Source of the DNA: a candidate division TA06 bacterium SM23_40
Lineage (GTDB): Bacteria > LJUI01 > SM1-40
Length of the DNA: 64,000 bases
Assembly: GCA_001303705.1 (NCBI GenBank)
Contig: LJUI01000002.1
Span: 47 to 64,046, forward strand
Reading direction: 5' to 3'
Below are positions 31,462-40,875 of the stretch, in pieces. Below the pieces are notes generated by a model. It made no database searches, was not told the DNA's origin, and was given only the letters and a program-made list of their open reading frames with translations. Each line of letters starts with the position of its first letter. Positions within the stretch are counted from its first letter, which is position 1. The translations under genes and the position numbers were made by a program.

Positions 31462-31478
31462 TTCGGAGGGACCTCACA

Positions 31479-32789
31479 GTGTACACAGCTCTGCCTCAGG
31501 TGACGCGCTGGATACGGATCATCGTCTGTTCGGTTCTGCTCTGCGCCCTTTTTGCCGCTTCAGGGTGCAGGAAGAAGGGTGCCGGGATAGAGGTACCATT
31601 CTGGCATGCCATGGGAGGGGAGGTCGGCTCCGCCCTTGAAGAGATGGTCGCTGACTTCAATGCGTCGCACCCGGGGCCGCCGGTCATGCCGGTGAGCATG
31701 GGCAGCTATGAGTCGCTCTCCCAGAAGCTGATGGCCTCGGTTGCGGCAGGGGAGCCTCCTGTGCTGGCCCAGGTATACGAGTCGTGGAGTGCACAGTTCA
31801 TGGCCTCCGGTGCGGTCATGCCCATGGGTCCGTACGTCCGCGGATCGGAGGGTCTCGACCCGCAGGAGCTCGACGACATCTTCCCCGTGCTCATCGAAGG
31901 TAACACCTGGCAGGAAGAGCTATGGACCTTCCCGTTCAACAAGAGCGTTCCGGCCTTCTTCTACAACCGGGACATGTTCCGCGAGATCGGGCTCGATCCC
32001 GACCGGTTCCCCGAGACGTGGGATGAGTTCGTCCATACCGCGAGGCGTCTGACACGAGACCTCGACGGAGACGGCCGTACGGACCGGTGGGGATTTGCCA
32101 TGCCCGTCAACGTCTGGATATTCGGGTGTCTTCTGCTCGGCAACGGGGGAGCGCTCCTCAGCCCTGACGGCACCGAGGCAGCATTCGATGGGCCGGCCGG
32201 CGTGGACGCACTGGAGAAGATCGCGAAGCTGCTTAAGGAGGATCGGGTCGCCTACCTGACAACAGGGTATCAGCATCAGGACGACTTCCTTGCCGGCAAG
32301 GTCGGCATGATCCAGAGCTCGATCGCCTCGTATGCATTCATGAAATCGAAGATAACGTTCGATATCGGTATCGCCCCCTTCCCGGCTACTGAGGAGCGGG
32401 CGGTCCTCGTATACGGCACGAATGTGGCGCTGTTCGCGCGGAGCACGCCGGAACAGCGGGATCGGGCCTGGGAGTTCGTCCGCTGGTTCACCTCACCCGA
32501 GGCGCAGGCCCGGTGGTCACTGGCCACGGCCTACGTCCCCGTGAGGAGGAGCGCGCTCGAACTGCCTGCGATGAGCGGCTGGTTTGAGGAGCTTCCCGGC
32601 CTGAGGGAGACGATGCTCCAGATGGAGCACGGAAGGCTTGAGCCGAGAATTCAGGAGTGGTTTGCTGGCCGCCGCCTCCTTGGCGAGCTGGCGTTGGAAC
32701 CTGTCTTGCGCGGCCATGAAACACCTGAGCTTGGATTGAAGAAGGCGGCACGCCATTTCGATGCCGAGCTCGAGGCGGCGCGCAGATGA
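31479..32789 (+). CDS. ABC transporter extracellular solute-binding lipoprotein (family 1)
   Basis: GTG start after GGAGGG. Lipobox AASGC. The profile is typical of sugar-binding SBPs (FWHAMGG..., PFNKSVPAFFYNRDMF). The track start at 31248 lies inside the permease gene. Confidence 0.85.
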   Translation: MYTALPQVTRWIRIIVCSVLLCALFAASGCRKKGAGIEVPFWHAMGGEVGSALEEMVADFNASHPGPPVMPVSMGSYESLSQKLMASVAAGEPPVLAQVYESWSAQFMASGAVMPMGPYVRGSEGLDPQELDDIFPVLIEGNTWQEELWTFPFNKSVPAFFYNRDMFREIGLDPDRFPETWDEFVHTARRLTRDLDGDGRTDRWGFAMPVNVWIFGCLLLGNGGALLSPDGTEAAFDGPAGVDALEKIAKLLKEDRVAYLTTGYQHQDDFLAGKVGMIQSSIASYAFMKSKITFDIGIAPFPATEERAVLVYGTNVALFARSTPEQRDRAWEFVRWFTSPEAQARWSLATAYVPVRRSALELPAMSGWFEELPGLRETMLQMEHGRLEPRIQEWFAGRRLLGELALEPVLRGHETPELGLKKAARHFDAELEAARR

Positions 32790-32903
32790 TCTGGAAGGCG
32801 AGCAGAGTCGGGGAGCGCCGGCCACATAGGTGCAGATGGTGCGGAGGGCAGGGGGGAACATGGAGGGGCCAGGTCTTGTAATGGGAGGATAAGGAGCCGA
32901 GCG

Positions 32904-35900
32904 ATGAGAGAGAGGGTCCACGCAGTCATACTGTCTGTGGCGGCACTGCTCCTGGTAGCATTGCCGGCCGGTTCTTTGACGATCTACGACATCCAGTACA
33001 CCGAGGATCCGGGCGGGGATTCGCCGTACGCGGGACAGGTCGTCACGGTCTCCGGGATCGTGACCGCAGGAACGGGCATCTTTCCCAGCGGATACTTCAT
33101 TCAGGATGGTGAGGGCCCGTGGCGCGGCGTCTATATCTATGACTATACGACGTCCGTCTCACAAGGGGACAGCGTCACGGTTACGGGAGAGGTGAGTGAG
33201 TACTACGGGAAGACCGAGATCGGCTTCATCTCGAGTGTCACTATCCACAGCTCGGACAATCAGCTCCCGGGGATGGCCGCCGTGCTCACTGCCGATCTCG
33301 CGACTGGGTCCGATGAAGCCGAATCGTACGAGGGTGTGCTCATCGCCGTTTCGAATGTCGTCGTAACCGACGACGATCTCGGGTACGGCGAATGGGAGAT
33401 CGACGATGGCTCAGGTCCGTGCCGGGTCGATGATGAGGCATACGCCTACAGCCCCTCGCTCGGAGATACGTTCCTCGTCGTTGCTGGAATCCTCGACTAC
33501 GCGTTCGATGACTTCAAGATCGAGCCGCGGTACGCTGCCGACATCATGACGAGCCTCGACGGTTCAGGCTCCGCCTCGATAGACATCGGGATGGTTCCTC
33601 CTTCCTCGACATACAACCTCAGGGTGCGGATCACGCCGGCGGCAGGGCAGCTCGTTGCCGCGAGCGTCGAACTCCCGTCGGCATGGGGGTGGAGCGGATC
33701 CGGTTCGGATGTGCTCCTCTCCGGGGCAGGGTTCGCGTCGGCGACGAGCGAGGTGATCGGGAGCGGGACGAGCGCAGACCCGTACCTGATCCTCGTACAG
33801 GACGCGGCCCTTACCGTCGCCGACTATGGGATCGTCGAGATCCGCCACACGACTTCTCCGGACAGCTCGGCATCATATCCGTTCATCATCAGTACCGCGG
33901 GGCAGGGCGGGGTGCTCACTGAGATCGCAGCTGCACCGCGGATCATTGTGACACGCGCTGACGGAACAGTCCCCATCAGCTTGGTGCGCAAGAATGACGA
34001 AGATGGACGGCCACTCCTATTGGGCGAGGCAGTGGCGGTGCGCGGCATCGTCACCGCCGGAGACGAGTTCGGTCCCCAGAGTTTCATGCAGGACGAGACA
34101 GCCGGGGTCGTCGTCTACGGGATCGAGGATGCCCTCACGCGAGGAGACGATGTCACAGTGATGGGGACTGTCGATCAGTATAGCGGGCTGACAGAGCTTG
34201 TGAGTCCCAGCCTCCTCACGCTCCACAGCACGGGCAACGCGGTCGAGCCGCTCACGCTCCATGCGATCGATATTGCCACGGAAGGAGCGGGAGGAGTAGA
34301 GCAGTACGAGGGGTTGCTGGTGCAACTCCAGGGCGTAACGATGGAAGAACCGTTCTTTCCTGTCGACGACAATGTGATGATACAGGACTCCACGGGATCC
34401 TGCCAGATGCGGATTGACGGGGATACCGAGCTTGCCGGAACTCCTGCGCCGAGAGGTGCATTTAATGTCATCGGAGTCGTCTCCCAGTATGCCCCCGACT
34501 CCCCCCACACAACTGACTATCAGGTGATGCCACGTGGACTCTCGGATATCGTTAAAGGGGGAGACGGATCGGGCACTGTCGCGCCACAGCCCAGCGGTGT
34601 GTTCCGCGGCGCCGATGTGACACTGACACTGACGGTCGCCGCAGAGCTGGGCGAACTTGTCGGCGCGAGCATCGAGGTGCCGGTCGATTGGGAATGGACC
34701 GGCGATGTGAGCGACGTGTCGCTCAGCGGCGATGGTGCGTCAGGCGCAGTCGTCGATTCTATCGTGGGGGATGGCGTCGCCGAGGCGTACGCGATCTATA
34801 TCTCTGGTGCGTTGATAACAGCGAGCGAGACGATGAGCGTAACGATCGGCCGTCTTGTTGCGCCCAGTACTCTGCTCGGCTATTCCTTCGTCACGATGAC
34901 CGCGACGGCCGGCGGCACGTTGCTGGAGGTCTCATCTTCGCCCGAAGTGTGGGTCGTGGAGCGTATCGCCGACATCCAGGCGCCGGGAGACGACGGATAT
35001 AGCTCGGCGATGGTCGGGCAGGGGGTGGTCGTCCAGGGGGTCGTCACCGGGCCCTCTCCTGTCTTCAACCCCAGCGAGGAGGCGACGAGTTTCTGGATTC
35101 AGGATGCGACAGGCGGCGTGAACGTATACAGCGGCCAGGACGACGGTAACCTGGGCCTGACGCTCGGCACGGAAGTCCGGGTGTTGGGTGAGGTTGTGGA
35201 ATATGCAGGGGTGACAGAAGTGAGTTATGATGACCCCGAAGACCTGACGATCATCGGAACGACAGCAGTGCCGGCTCCGTTCGATCTGCCGCCATCGCGG
35301 GGTATCAACGAGACAGTAGAGGGATTGCTGGTACGTATCGTGGGCGCTCAGGTTGCGACTGCGCCTCAGGCCGCTGGCGCGGGCAAGAACTTTCAGATAT
35401 GGCACGATATGGCCCTGGTCGATGTGAGGGTCGTGGACGCGGCCCAGATCGATCTCTCTCAGGTCTTCCCCGGTGCATACTTCGACCTTGTCGGGGTGGC
35501 CGGCCAGTATGATACCGATCCGCCCTATAATGCCGGATACCAGCTCCAGCTCAGAATGGCGAGCGATCTCCTGTTGCTCGATCTCGGTCAAGCATCCTCC
35601 GGCCCGGTGCTCGAGATCACGCCGAATCCGTTTTCGCCCGATCTGGGAGAAGTGGCCTCAATCAGCGTGAACGGCCCGGCATCTTCACGGCTTACTCTTC
35701 GCATCTACGACCTCGAGGGTCGGCTCGTGCTCGAGCCGCTGGACGGCAGGCCGGGAGGGCCGACGCTCTTCGAGTGGAAGGGGACGGACCAGGCGGGCGA
35801 GCGGGTAACGATAGGTATCTACCTCTGCCATTTGACGGTGGTGCGTACCGATGGGACGAGCGACACGGTGCTCAAGCCCGTGGTAGTAGGGACACCGCTC

Positions 35901-35906
35901 GATTGA
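32904..35906 (+). CDS. 1000-aa secreted modular protein, (A-B)x2-A plus T9SS/FlgD-Ig-like C-terminal domain
   Basis: Signal peptide. Three ~195-aa A modules: aa 25-215, 355-549 and 686-889. Each has G.V.V.G.VTA...F.QD...VY...GD.V.V.G.V.EY.G.TE. Two ~130-aa B modules: ELPSAWGWSGSGSDVLLSGAG and EVPVDWEWTGDVSDVSLSGDG. C-terminal ITPNPFSP...LRIYDLEGRLV...WKGTDQAGERVTIGIYL. Confidence 0.85.
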   Translation: MRERVHAVILSVAALLLVALPAGSLTIYDIQYTEDPGGDSPYAGQVVTVSGIVTAGTGIFPSGYFIQDGEGPWRGVYIYDYTTSVSQGDSVTVTGEVSEYYGKTEIGFISSVTIHSSDNQLPGMAAVLTADLATGSDEAESYEGVLIAVSNVVVTDDDLGYGEWEIDDGSGPCRVDDEAYAYSPSLGDTFLVVAGILDYAFDDFKIEPRYAADIMTSLDGSGSASIDIGMVPPSSTYNLRVRITPAAGQLVAASVELPSAWGWSGSGSDVLLSGAGFASATSEVIGSGTSADPYLILVQDAALTVADYGIVEIRHTTSPDSSASYPFIISTAGQGGVLTEIAAAPRIIVTRADGTVPISLVRKNDEDGRPLLLGEAVAVRGIVTAGDEFGPQSFMQDETAGVVVYGIEDALTRGDDVTVMGTVDQYSGLTELVSPSLLTLHSTGNAVEPLTLHAIDIATEGAGGVEQYEGLLVQLQGVTMEEPFFPVDDNVMIQDSTGSCQMRIDGDTELAGTPAPRGAFNVIGVVSQYAPDSPHTTDYQVMPRGLSDIVKGGDGSGTVAPQPSGVFRGADVTLTLTVAAELGELVGASIEVPVDWEWTGDVSDVSLSGDGASGAVVDSIVGDGVAEAYAIYISGALITASETMSVTIGRLVAPSTLLGYSFVTMTATAGGTLLEVSSSPEVWVVERIADIQAPGDDGYSSAMVGQGVVVQGVVTGPSPVFNPSEEATSFWIQDATGGVNVYSGQDDGNLGLTLGTEVRVLGEVVEYAGVTEVSYDDPEDLTIIGTTAVPAPFDLPPSRGINETVEGLLVRIVGAQVATAPQAAGAGKNFQIWHDMALVDVRVVDAAQIDLSQVFPGAYFDLVGVAGQYDTDPPYNAGYQLQLRMASDLLLLDLGQASSGPVLEITPNPFSPDLGEVASISVNGPASSRLTLRIYDLEGRLVLEPLDGRPGGPTLFEWKGTDQAGERVTIGIYLCHLTVVRTDGTSDTVLKPVVVGTPLD

Positions 35907-36006
35907 TGTAGGGACTGCTCTGTTGTGGCGAGGAGTGTGAACGGAACATGAGCCCTCGACCGAGGGGAGATCAGCGATCGATGGGAAGGAACAGCGGGAG
36001 GCAGAC

Positions 36007-36849
36007 GTGGTAAGACAACCAGGTAGGGCCGGGCGGGGCATCGTCATCGGCCTCACGGCGCTTGCGGCTGCGCTGCCCGCGTGGGCGGCCTTCGAGGATC
36101 TGGAGTCAGGGGTGAGGCCTCAGGGGATGGGGGGAGCGTTTACCGCTGTCGCCGATGATCCGAGCGCGATCCACTGGAATCCTGCAGGGCTGGCGGCCCT
36201 GGAGGAGATCGAGTTGATTGCTCTGTACAAGCATCTGTTCGGCGGCCCCGAAGGGCTTCACAACGCCACGCTCGATGTCGCCCTGCCCACGCGATGGGGC
36301 CATTTCGGGGCCTCGCTTCAGGAGGTCGGTTTCGAGCTGGAGAGCGAGCGCGTGCTCACGCTATCGGGCGGGTTGCAGCTGACCGAGGATCTTGCGGTCG
36401 GGCTCAACGTCGTGGGGTACCAGCTGTACCAGAAGAGGTTCGGCACCGGCCTGGCTGTGGGGTTCGACGTCGGCCTATTGGCAACGGTGTACCGCCGATG
36501 GCGGCTCGGCTTCTTTGCACACAACCTCAATAATCCCACGATGGGCACGGACTACCGGTACGATCTGCCGCGCCTCGTCAACGTCGGTCTGGCGTACATA
36601 CCGTTCGAGGGGGTGATCTCGAGCCTCGATCTCTCCAAAGAGGTGGGCAAGGGGACGCGCCTCCAGGCGGGACAGGAGTTCGCCATCTTCGATGATCTGC
36701 TGGTACTGCGTGCAGGCATTCAGACCGAACCTGCACGCTATTCGGCCGGCGTCGGCACGAGAATAGAGCGGCTCCGGTTGGACTACGCGGTCCAGAACCA
36801 CGAAGTCCTTCCCCTCACCCATCAGATATCGTTCGGGTATCGGTTCTGA
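36007..36849 (+). CDS. outer-membrane beta-barrel protein, PorV/PorQ-like (family call tentative)
   Basis: GGGAG RBS then GTG. Signal peptide ending AWA. N-terminal GMGGAFTAVADDPSAIHWNPAGLA motif. Alternating beta-strand pattern. C-terminal FGYRF. Confidence 0.7.
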   Translation: MVRQPGRAGRGIVIGLTALAAALPAWAAFEDLESGVRPQGMGGAFTAVADDPSAIHWNPAGLAALEEIELIALYKHLFGGPEGLHNATLDVALPTRWGHFGASLQEVGFELESERVLTLSGGLQLTEDLAVGLNVVGYQLYQKRFGTGLAVGFDVGLLATVYRRWRLGFFAHNLNNPTMGTDYRYDLPRLVNVGLAYIPFEGVISSLDLSKEVGKGTRLQAGQEFAIFDDLLVLRAGIQTEPARYSAGVGTRIERLRLDYAVQNHEVLPLTHQISFGYRF

Positions 36850-36891
36850 GTACGCCCAGAAACTTTTCATCGGGGTTGAAAGGAACAGGAG

Positions 36892-39426
36892 ATGCGCAGC
36901 CCGTTCATTCTCTTGATTGCACTCGCTTCCCTCGTCGGCTCCCTCCCGGCGCCGGGGACGGTGGATGCACAGGTGGCAGGAGCGGCAGGAGAGGCGCCGG
37001 CCGAGAGGACGACGCCGTACACGCCGGACGATCAGCTCGACCTCAATAAGGCGTCGCTCGAGCAGCTCCTCTCGCTCCCCCTCGAGGCCGAGGATGCGCG
37101 TGCCATCTATGAGTGGCGTCGACGGCATGGCCCGTTTCAGAGCGTGTACGGGCTGCGAAGGATCGAGCAGATCGACGGCGCCGAGTTCGAGCGGATCAAA
37201 CCCCTTCTCTTCGTCGCTCCACCCGAGCTGGCGCAGGAGGTTACACAGCGGATCGAAGAGATACAGAGACGGCTTGCCCGCGAGGAGACGCCTGCCGCGG
37301 CTGCCATCGATGAGTGGGAAGATCTGGTTGTCGATCCCCTTGATATCAACCGCGCGACGGTCGACGATCTGGTTATGCTCGATGACGTGTCGCTCGTCGA
37401 TGCGGTGGCCGTCGTCAAGCATCGGATGACCCGCGGCCGGATCGATGACCTTCGCGCCCTGCGGCGCAACGTACGCGGCCTCACCTACTACGGATATACC
37501 AGGATGCGGGATTTCGTCCGGTTCGATCCCCGTCCCGAGGGACTCGATTTCCATGGCCTCTATCGGGTGATCATCGATCACCGCTCCGAGGTCGACGTCG
37601 GCGAGGACGATGAAAACCTCGATCTTCTGACGAGCCGGCTTGAGGCTTCAGTGGCCGGGCTCGCGCCGGGATCGGGAGAGGAGGAGCCGGGAGCAAATCT
37701 CGAGGGATTGCAGCAGGCAGGTTGGACTGATCAGGAGATCGACCGGCTCAGGGGTGAGCTCGAGCAGGATCTTGTATCGATCAGGGGGATTCCTGCTGAA
37801 CCGCGGATCCTCCAGAAGGTACGGGCGCGCTGGGGACGCCGCATCAAGCTCGGGTTCGTCGCAGAACGGGATCCGGGGGAGAGGACGGATGATCTGGTCA
37901 AGGGGTACCTGGGCCTGTACGACATGGGGCCGATCGATCGTCTCATCCTCGGCACATACCGGCTCACGCTCGGGCAGTCACTCGTCATCGATAATGACGA
38001 GCCGGGAGGATATGAGTCCCCGTTCCGGCGGACTGACCGGATCGCGGGCCTGTTCGGCGATGCCACCGCATCCGAAGAGTTCATCTTCCGCGGCGCTGCC
38101 ATGCAGGCGAGCCTGGGCAGGATCCGCCCCCTGGTCTTCTATTCGCGCGACCGCAAGGACGCCATCCTCAACCGGGACGGGACTGCGAACAGCCTCATTA
38201 CGAGCTGGCCCCGGCCCGAGAGCACCAGGGATCGGCTGCTCGAGAGGACGTTCGGGGGGAGTCTGCGGTTTGATCTGGGAGGCCTGGGGCCCCTCCCGAT
38301 CGGCACGTATGTCGCCGCCAATGGATACGAGGCGGACTACGACCCCGGGGTCCGCATCGATCCGACCACGCTCGACATCCCCGGGGATGGAGACACTCTG
38401 AGGGACCCGAACTACCTTCAGGCGTTCAGCGGTGATCGGCGCCGCGTGTACGGAACAGACTTCCGCACGCTCCTCGGCAATGTCTCCGTCGAGGGCGAGT
38501 ACGGGAGGCTCGATGGCGGGGGCGATGCGTTGGTTCTGAAGGCCCGGGCGCAGTACGAATACCTCTACCTGCTCGGGCTGTACCGCCGGTACGACGCCGA
38601 TTTCGATAATCCGTACGCCCGCCCGTTTATGGAGCAGCGGAAGTACGACGATACGCTCTTCGAGAGAGAGTACCGCCTGCTCAATCCCCTTCATTCATAT
38701 CTTCAAGACTACCCCGCCCCGAAAGCCGAAGAGGGGCTCTATTTCGAGACCCGCTATCAGATCACCCGAAAGATCATCATCACCAGAGCATATCTCGACA
38801 CGTGGCGCAACGTGGCCTGGGGGTTGCCCAACCTCCGGATCCAGGGAGAGATCGAGTACCGACCCGTCTTTCCTCTCCGCTTCCGGCTGAAGCAGAAGTG
38901 GCAGCGTAAGTCGAATCCCGGCGATGTGGTGGCGACGACCTCGCGCACCAGCGAGACGACACTGCGGGCATTCGCACTCCTCAGCCAGCGTGACTTCTTC
39001 GGACTGGAGCTCCGGTACGGGCGGGTGCGGCTCACTCCCACGCTCCGATGGGGAGGCGACATGATGATGGACGGGGGGTTCCTATCCGGGAACTGGGAGC
39101 ATCATTTCTCTCCCGCGCTGTCAGTGCAGTCGGGCATCGTCATCTGGGAGACGAACGGCATGTCCCAGTGGACATTCGAAGACAGAGGAATCGATTTCCT
39201 CAATGGACGGGGGATGAGGTATTACATCACGGTACTCGATCAGCTCTCGCCCGGCCTGAGCCTCCGTTTCAAATTCAGAAAGAAGAACACCGAATTGCCC
39301 CATTCGGGCATCTATGGACCGGAGAGTGAGTACAGGTACGGAGGCGGATCGGCCGTTCCGGTGAAGGATTTCGTCGATTATCAGGATGAGTATTCGGCGA
39401 GCATTCAGCTCGACTTCCGCTGGTAA
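36892..39426 (+). CDS. outer-membrane beta-barrel protein with two N-terminal ComEA-like helix-hairpin-helix domains
   Basis: Signal peptide (VDA/Q). HhH 1 (aa 48-108): LDLNKASLEQLLSLPLEAEDARAIYEWRRRHGPFQSVYGLRRIEQIDGAEFERIKPLLFV. HhH 2 (aa 148-211): LDINRATVDDLVMLDDVSLVDAVAVVKHRMTRGRIDDLRAL. The C-terminal ~500 aa are Y/R/G-rich alternating strands ending IQLDFRW. Confidence 0.8.
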   Translation: MRSPFILLIALASLVGSLPAPGTVDAQVAGAAGEAPAERTTPYTPDDQLDLNKASLEQLLSLPLEAEDARAIYEWRRRHGPFQSVYGLRRIEQIDGAEFERIKPLLFVAPPELAQEVTQRIEEIQRRLAREETPAAAAIDEWEDLVVDPLDINRATVDDLVMLDDVSLVDAVAVVKHRMTRGRIDDLRALRRNVRGLTYYGYTRMRDFVRFDPRPEGLDFHGLYRVIIDHRSEVDVGEDDENLDLLTSRLEASVAGLAPGSGEEEPGANLEGLQQAGWTDQEIDRLRGELEQDLVSIRGIPAEPRILQKVRARWGRRIKLGFVAERDPGERTDDLVKGYLGLYDMGPIDRLILGTYRLTLGQSLVIDNDEPGGYESPFRRTDRIAGLFGDATASEEFIFRGAAMQASLGRIRPLVFYSRDRKDAILNRDGTANSLITSWPRPESTRDRLLERTFGGSLRFDLGGLGPLPIGTYVAANGYEADYDPGVRIDPTTLDIPGDGDTLRDPNYLQAFSGDRRRVYGTDFRTLLGNVSVEGEYGRLDGGGDALVLKARAQYEYLYLLGLYRRYDADFDNPYARPFMEQRKYDDTLFEREYRLLNPLHSYLQDYPAPKAEEGLYFETRYQITRKIIITRAYLDTWRNVAWGLPNLRIQGEIEYRPVFPLRFRLKQKWQRKSNPGDVVATTSRTSETTLRAFALLSQRDFFGLELRYGRVRLTPTLRWGGDMMMDGGFLSGNWEHHFSPALSVQSGIVIWETNGMSQWTFEDRGIDFLNGRGMRYYITVLDQLSPGLSLRFKFRKKNTELPHSGIYGPESEYRYGGGSAVPVKDFVDYQDEYSASIQLDFRW

Positions 39427-39530
39427 CACAAAGGTCGCCGCCGGTGAGGATCCCCGCGCGACTTCCGTGCTCCGGTGAATGTCGCAGCTGCATCTGGTGC
39501 CAGCAGGGAGGAACTGTGAGGGAGAAGAAC

Positions 39531-40742
39531 ATGTTCATCAACAGGGGGCTTCGCGCGCCCGCAGCGGCTCTTGTCGTGCTGGTGGCCGCGCTGAGTGCGG
39601 CGGGCGCGTCCGGGTATACGTTGCCGGGCGTGAGGTCGTTCGGGGACCCGGTGAGCGGGCAGGGGGCGCGATCGATGGCGATGGGGGGAACAGGTATCGC
39701 TGCTGACCCGGGCCTGGGACGCCTCTTCGTCAATCCTGCACTCCTCGGGTTCGCCCGGCGCGGCAGAATAGAGGCCTCGCTGGGCGTGGCGCGGCCCGGT
39801 GAGGTACGCACGCAGGAGGTGTTCGACAGCTTCGACAATACGGTGGGGGAAGCCACGCTCGCGGCGAACACAAGCTACTACATCCGCCCTGCCCTCTGGG
39901 GAGTCATGCAGCCGTTGGGGAGGTTTGTGGTGGCGGCCGGCGGGAGAGAACGGTACGACTTCGACTACGATTTCCATCAGGAGATCCGCGACAACTTCTA
40001 CTACCGGCTGGGGAGCCGCGACCTCGTGGTACGGGGAGGGCTGTACGAGTGGAGCCTCGGCGTGGGCATGTGCCCGAGTGCGTCGGTCGGCCTGGGTGCG
40101 GCCGTCAACCTGCTCCGCGGAGACGCGGAGTGGAGGTGGGAGGTGGAGGATTCATCGGTCGATACGACCGAGACATCGAGCGCGAATCTCGATGGGTGGG
40201 ACGTTACGGTGGGCGCTGCGGCGAGGATCGGGGAGCGCGTCGTGCTCGGGTTGATGGCGCGCAGGGGAGCTGAGGTGGGATGGGAGGCGGAGTCGGGTTC
40301 TATTGATGACGCGACTGTCGACTATCCGCCGTTGCTCGGGGCGGGGCTCGAGGTCACGCCGGCAAACCAGTTTCCGGCGATCCTGAGCTGGGATGTGCTG
40401 TACATCCCCTGGTCCGACCTGACGGTCGATGGTGAGGAGGCCGACCTCGACGATGTGTGGGAGGTGAGGTTCGGCGTCGAGCACGAGATGACCGATGGGC
40501 TCCTCGTCAGGATCGGCTTCCGATGGGAGCCGTCGTACGTCAACGAGGAGATCGCGCAGGCGGTGGTGGCGACCGGGCTCGGGTGGGAGGTCAAGGGATT
40601 CGGCATCGATCTGGCCACCGAGCTCGGAAGACGAGGATACCGGAGCTCGGAGGTGACCGCATCTGACGTCGACTTCCCGGAGCCGGTCGAGGTGGAGGAG
40701 ACTCTCGTGCGTCTGGCAGCGACGGTGTGGAGAGAGTTCTAG
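39531..40742 (+). CDS. outer-membrane beta-barrel protein (FadL/PorV-like, tentative)
   Basis: GAGGGAG RBS then the ATG at 39531. Signal peptide. GARSMAMGGTGIAADPGLGRLFVNPALLG motif. Ends ATVWREF. Confidence 0.7.
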   Translation: MFINRGLRAPAAALVVLVAALSAAGASGYTLPGVRSFGDPVSGQGARSMAMGGTGIAADPGLGRLFVNPALLGFARRGRIEASLGVARPGEVRTQEVFDSFDNTVGEATLAANTSYYIRPALWGVMQPLGRFVVAAGGRERYDFDYDFHQEIRDNFYYRLGSRDLVVRGGLYEWSLGVGMCPSASVGLGAAVNLLRGDAEWRWEVEDSSVDTTETSSANLDGWDVTVGAAARIGERVVLGLMARRGAEVGWEAESGSIDDATVDYPPLLGAGLEVTPANQFPAILSWDVLYIPWSDLTVDGEEADLDDVWEVRFGVEHEMTDGLLVRIGFRWEPSYVNEEIAQAVVATGLGWEVKGFGIDLATELGRRGYRSSEVTASDVDFPEPVEVEETLVRLAATVWREF

Positions 40743-40875
40743 GGGGCCGCCTCTGGTGGGCCTCGGCAGCGGCGGACCGTACGGGATGCTCGAGTCGCGA
40801 GGAGAGTAGACGAAGGATGGGTTGCGTGCGATCTGCGGCCGCCGTTCGATGTCGGCGGCCTGAGAGGGATGTGAG

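Noticed and set aside
31248-31478. Upstream extension of the solute-binding protein ORF. The analogous extension 22057..22182 belongs to the TPR lipoprotein ORF.
   Set aside because: Both extensions overlap the preceding genes in another frame. The internal GTG at 31479 and TTG at 22183 give proper lipoprotein signal peptides.
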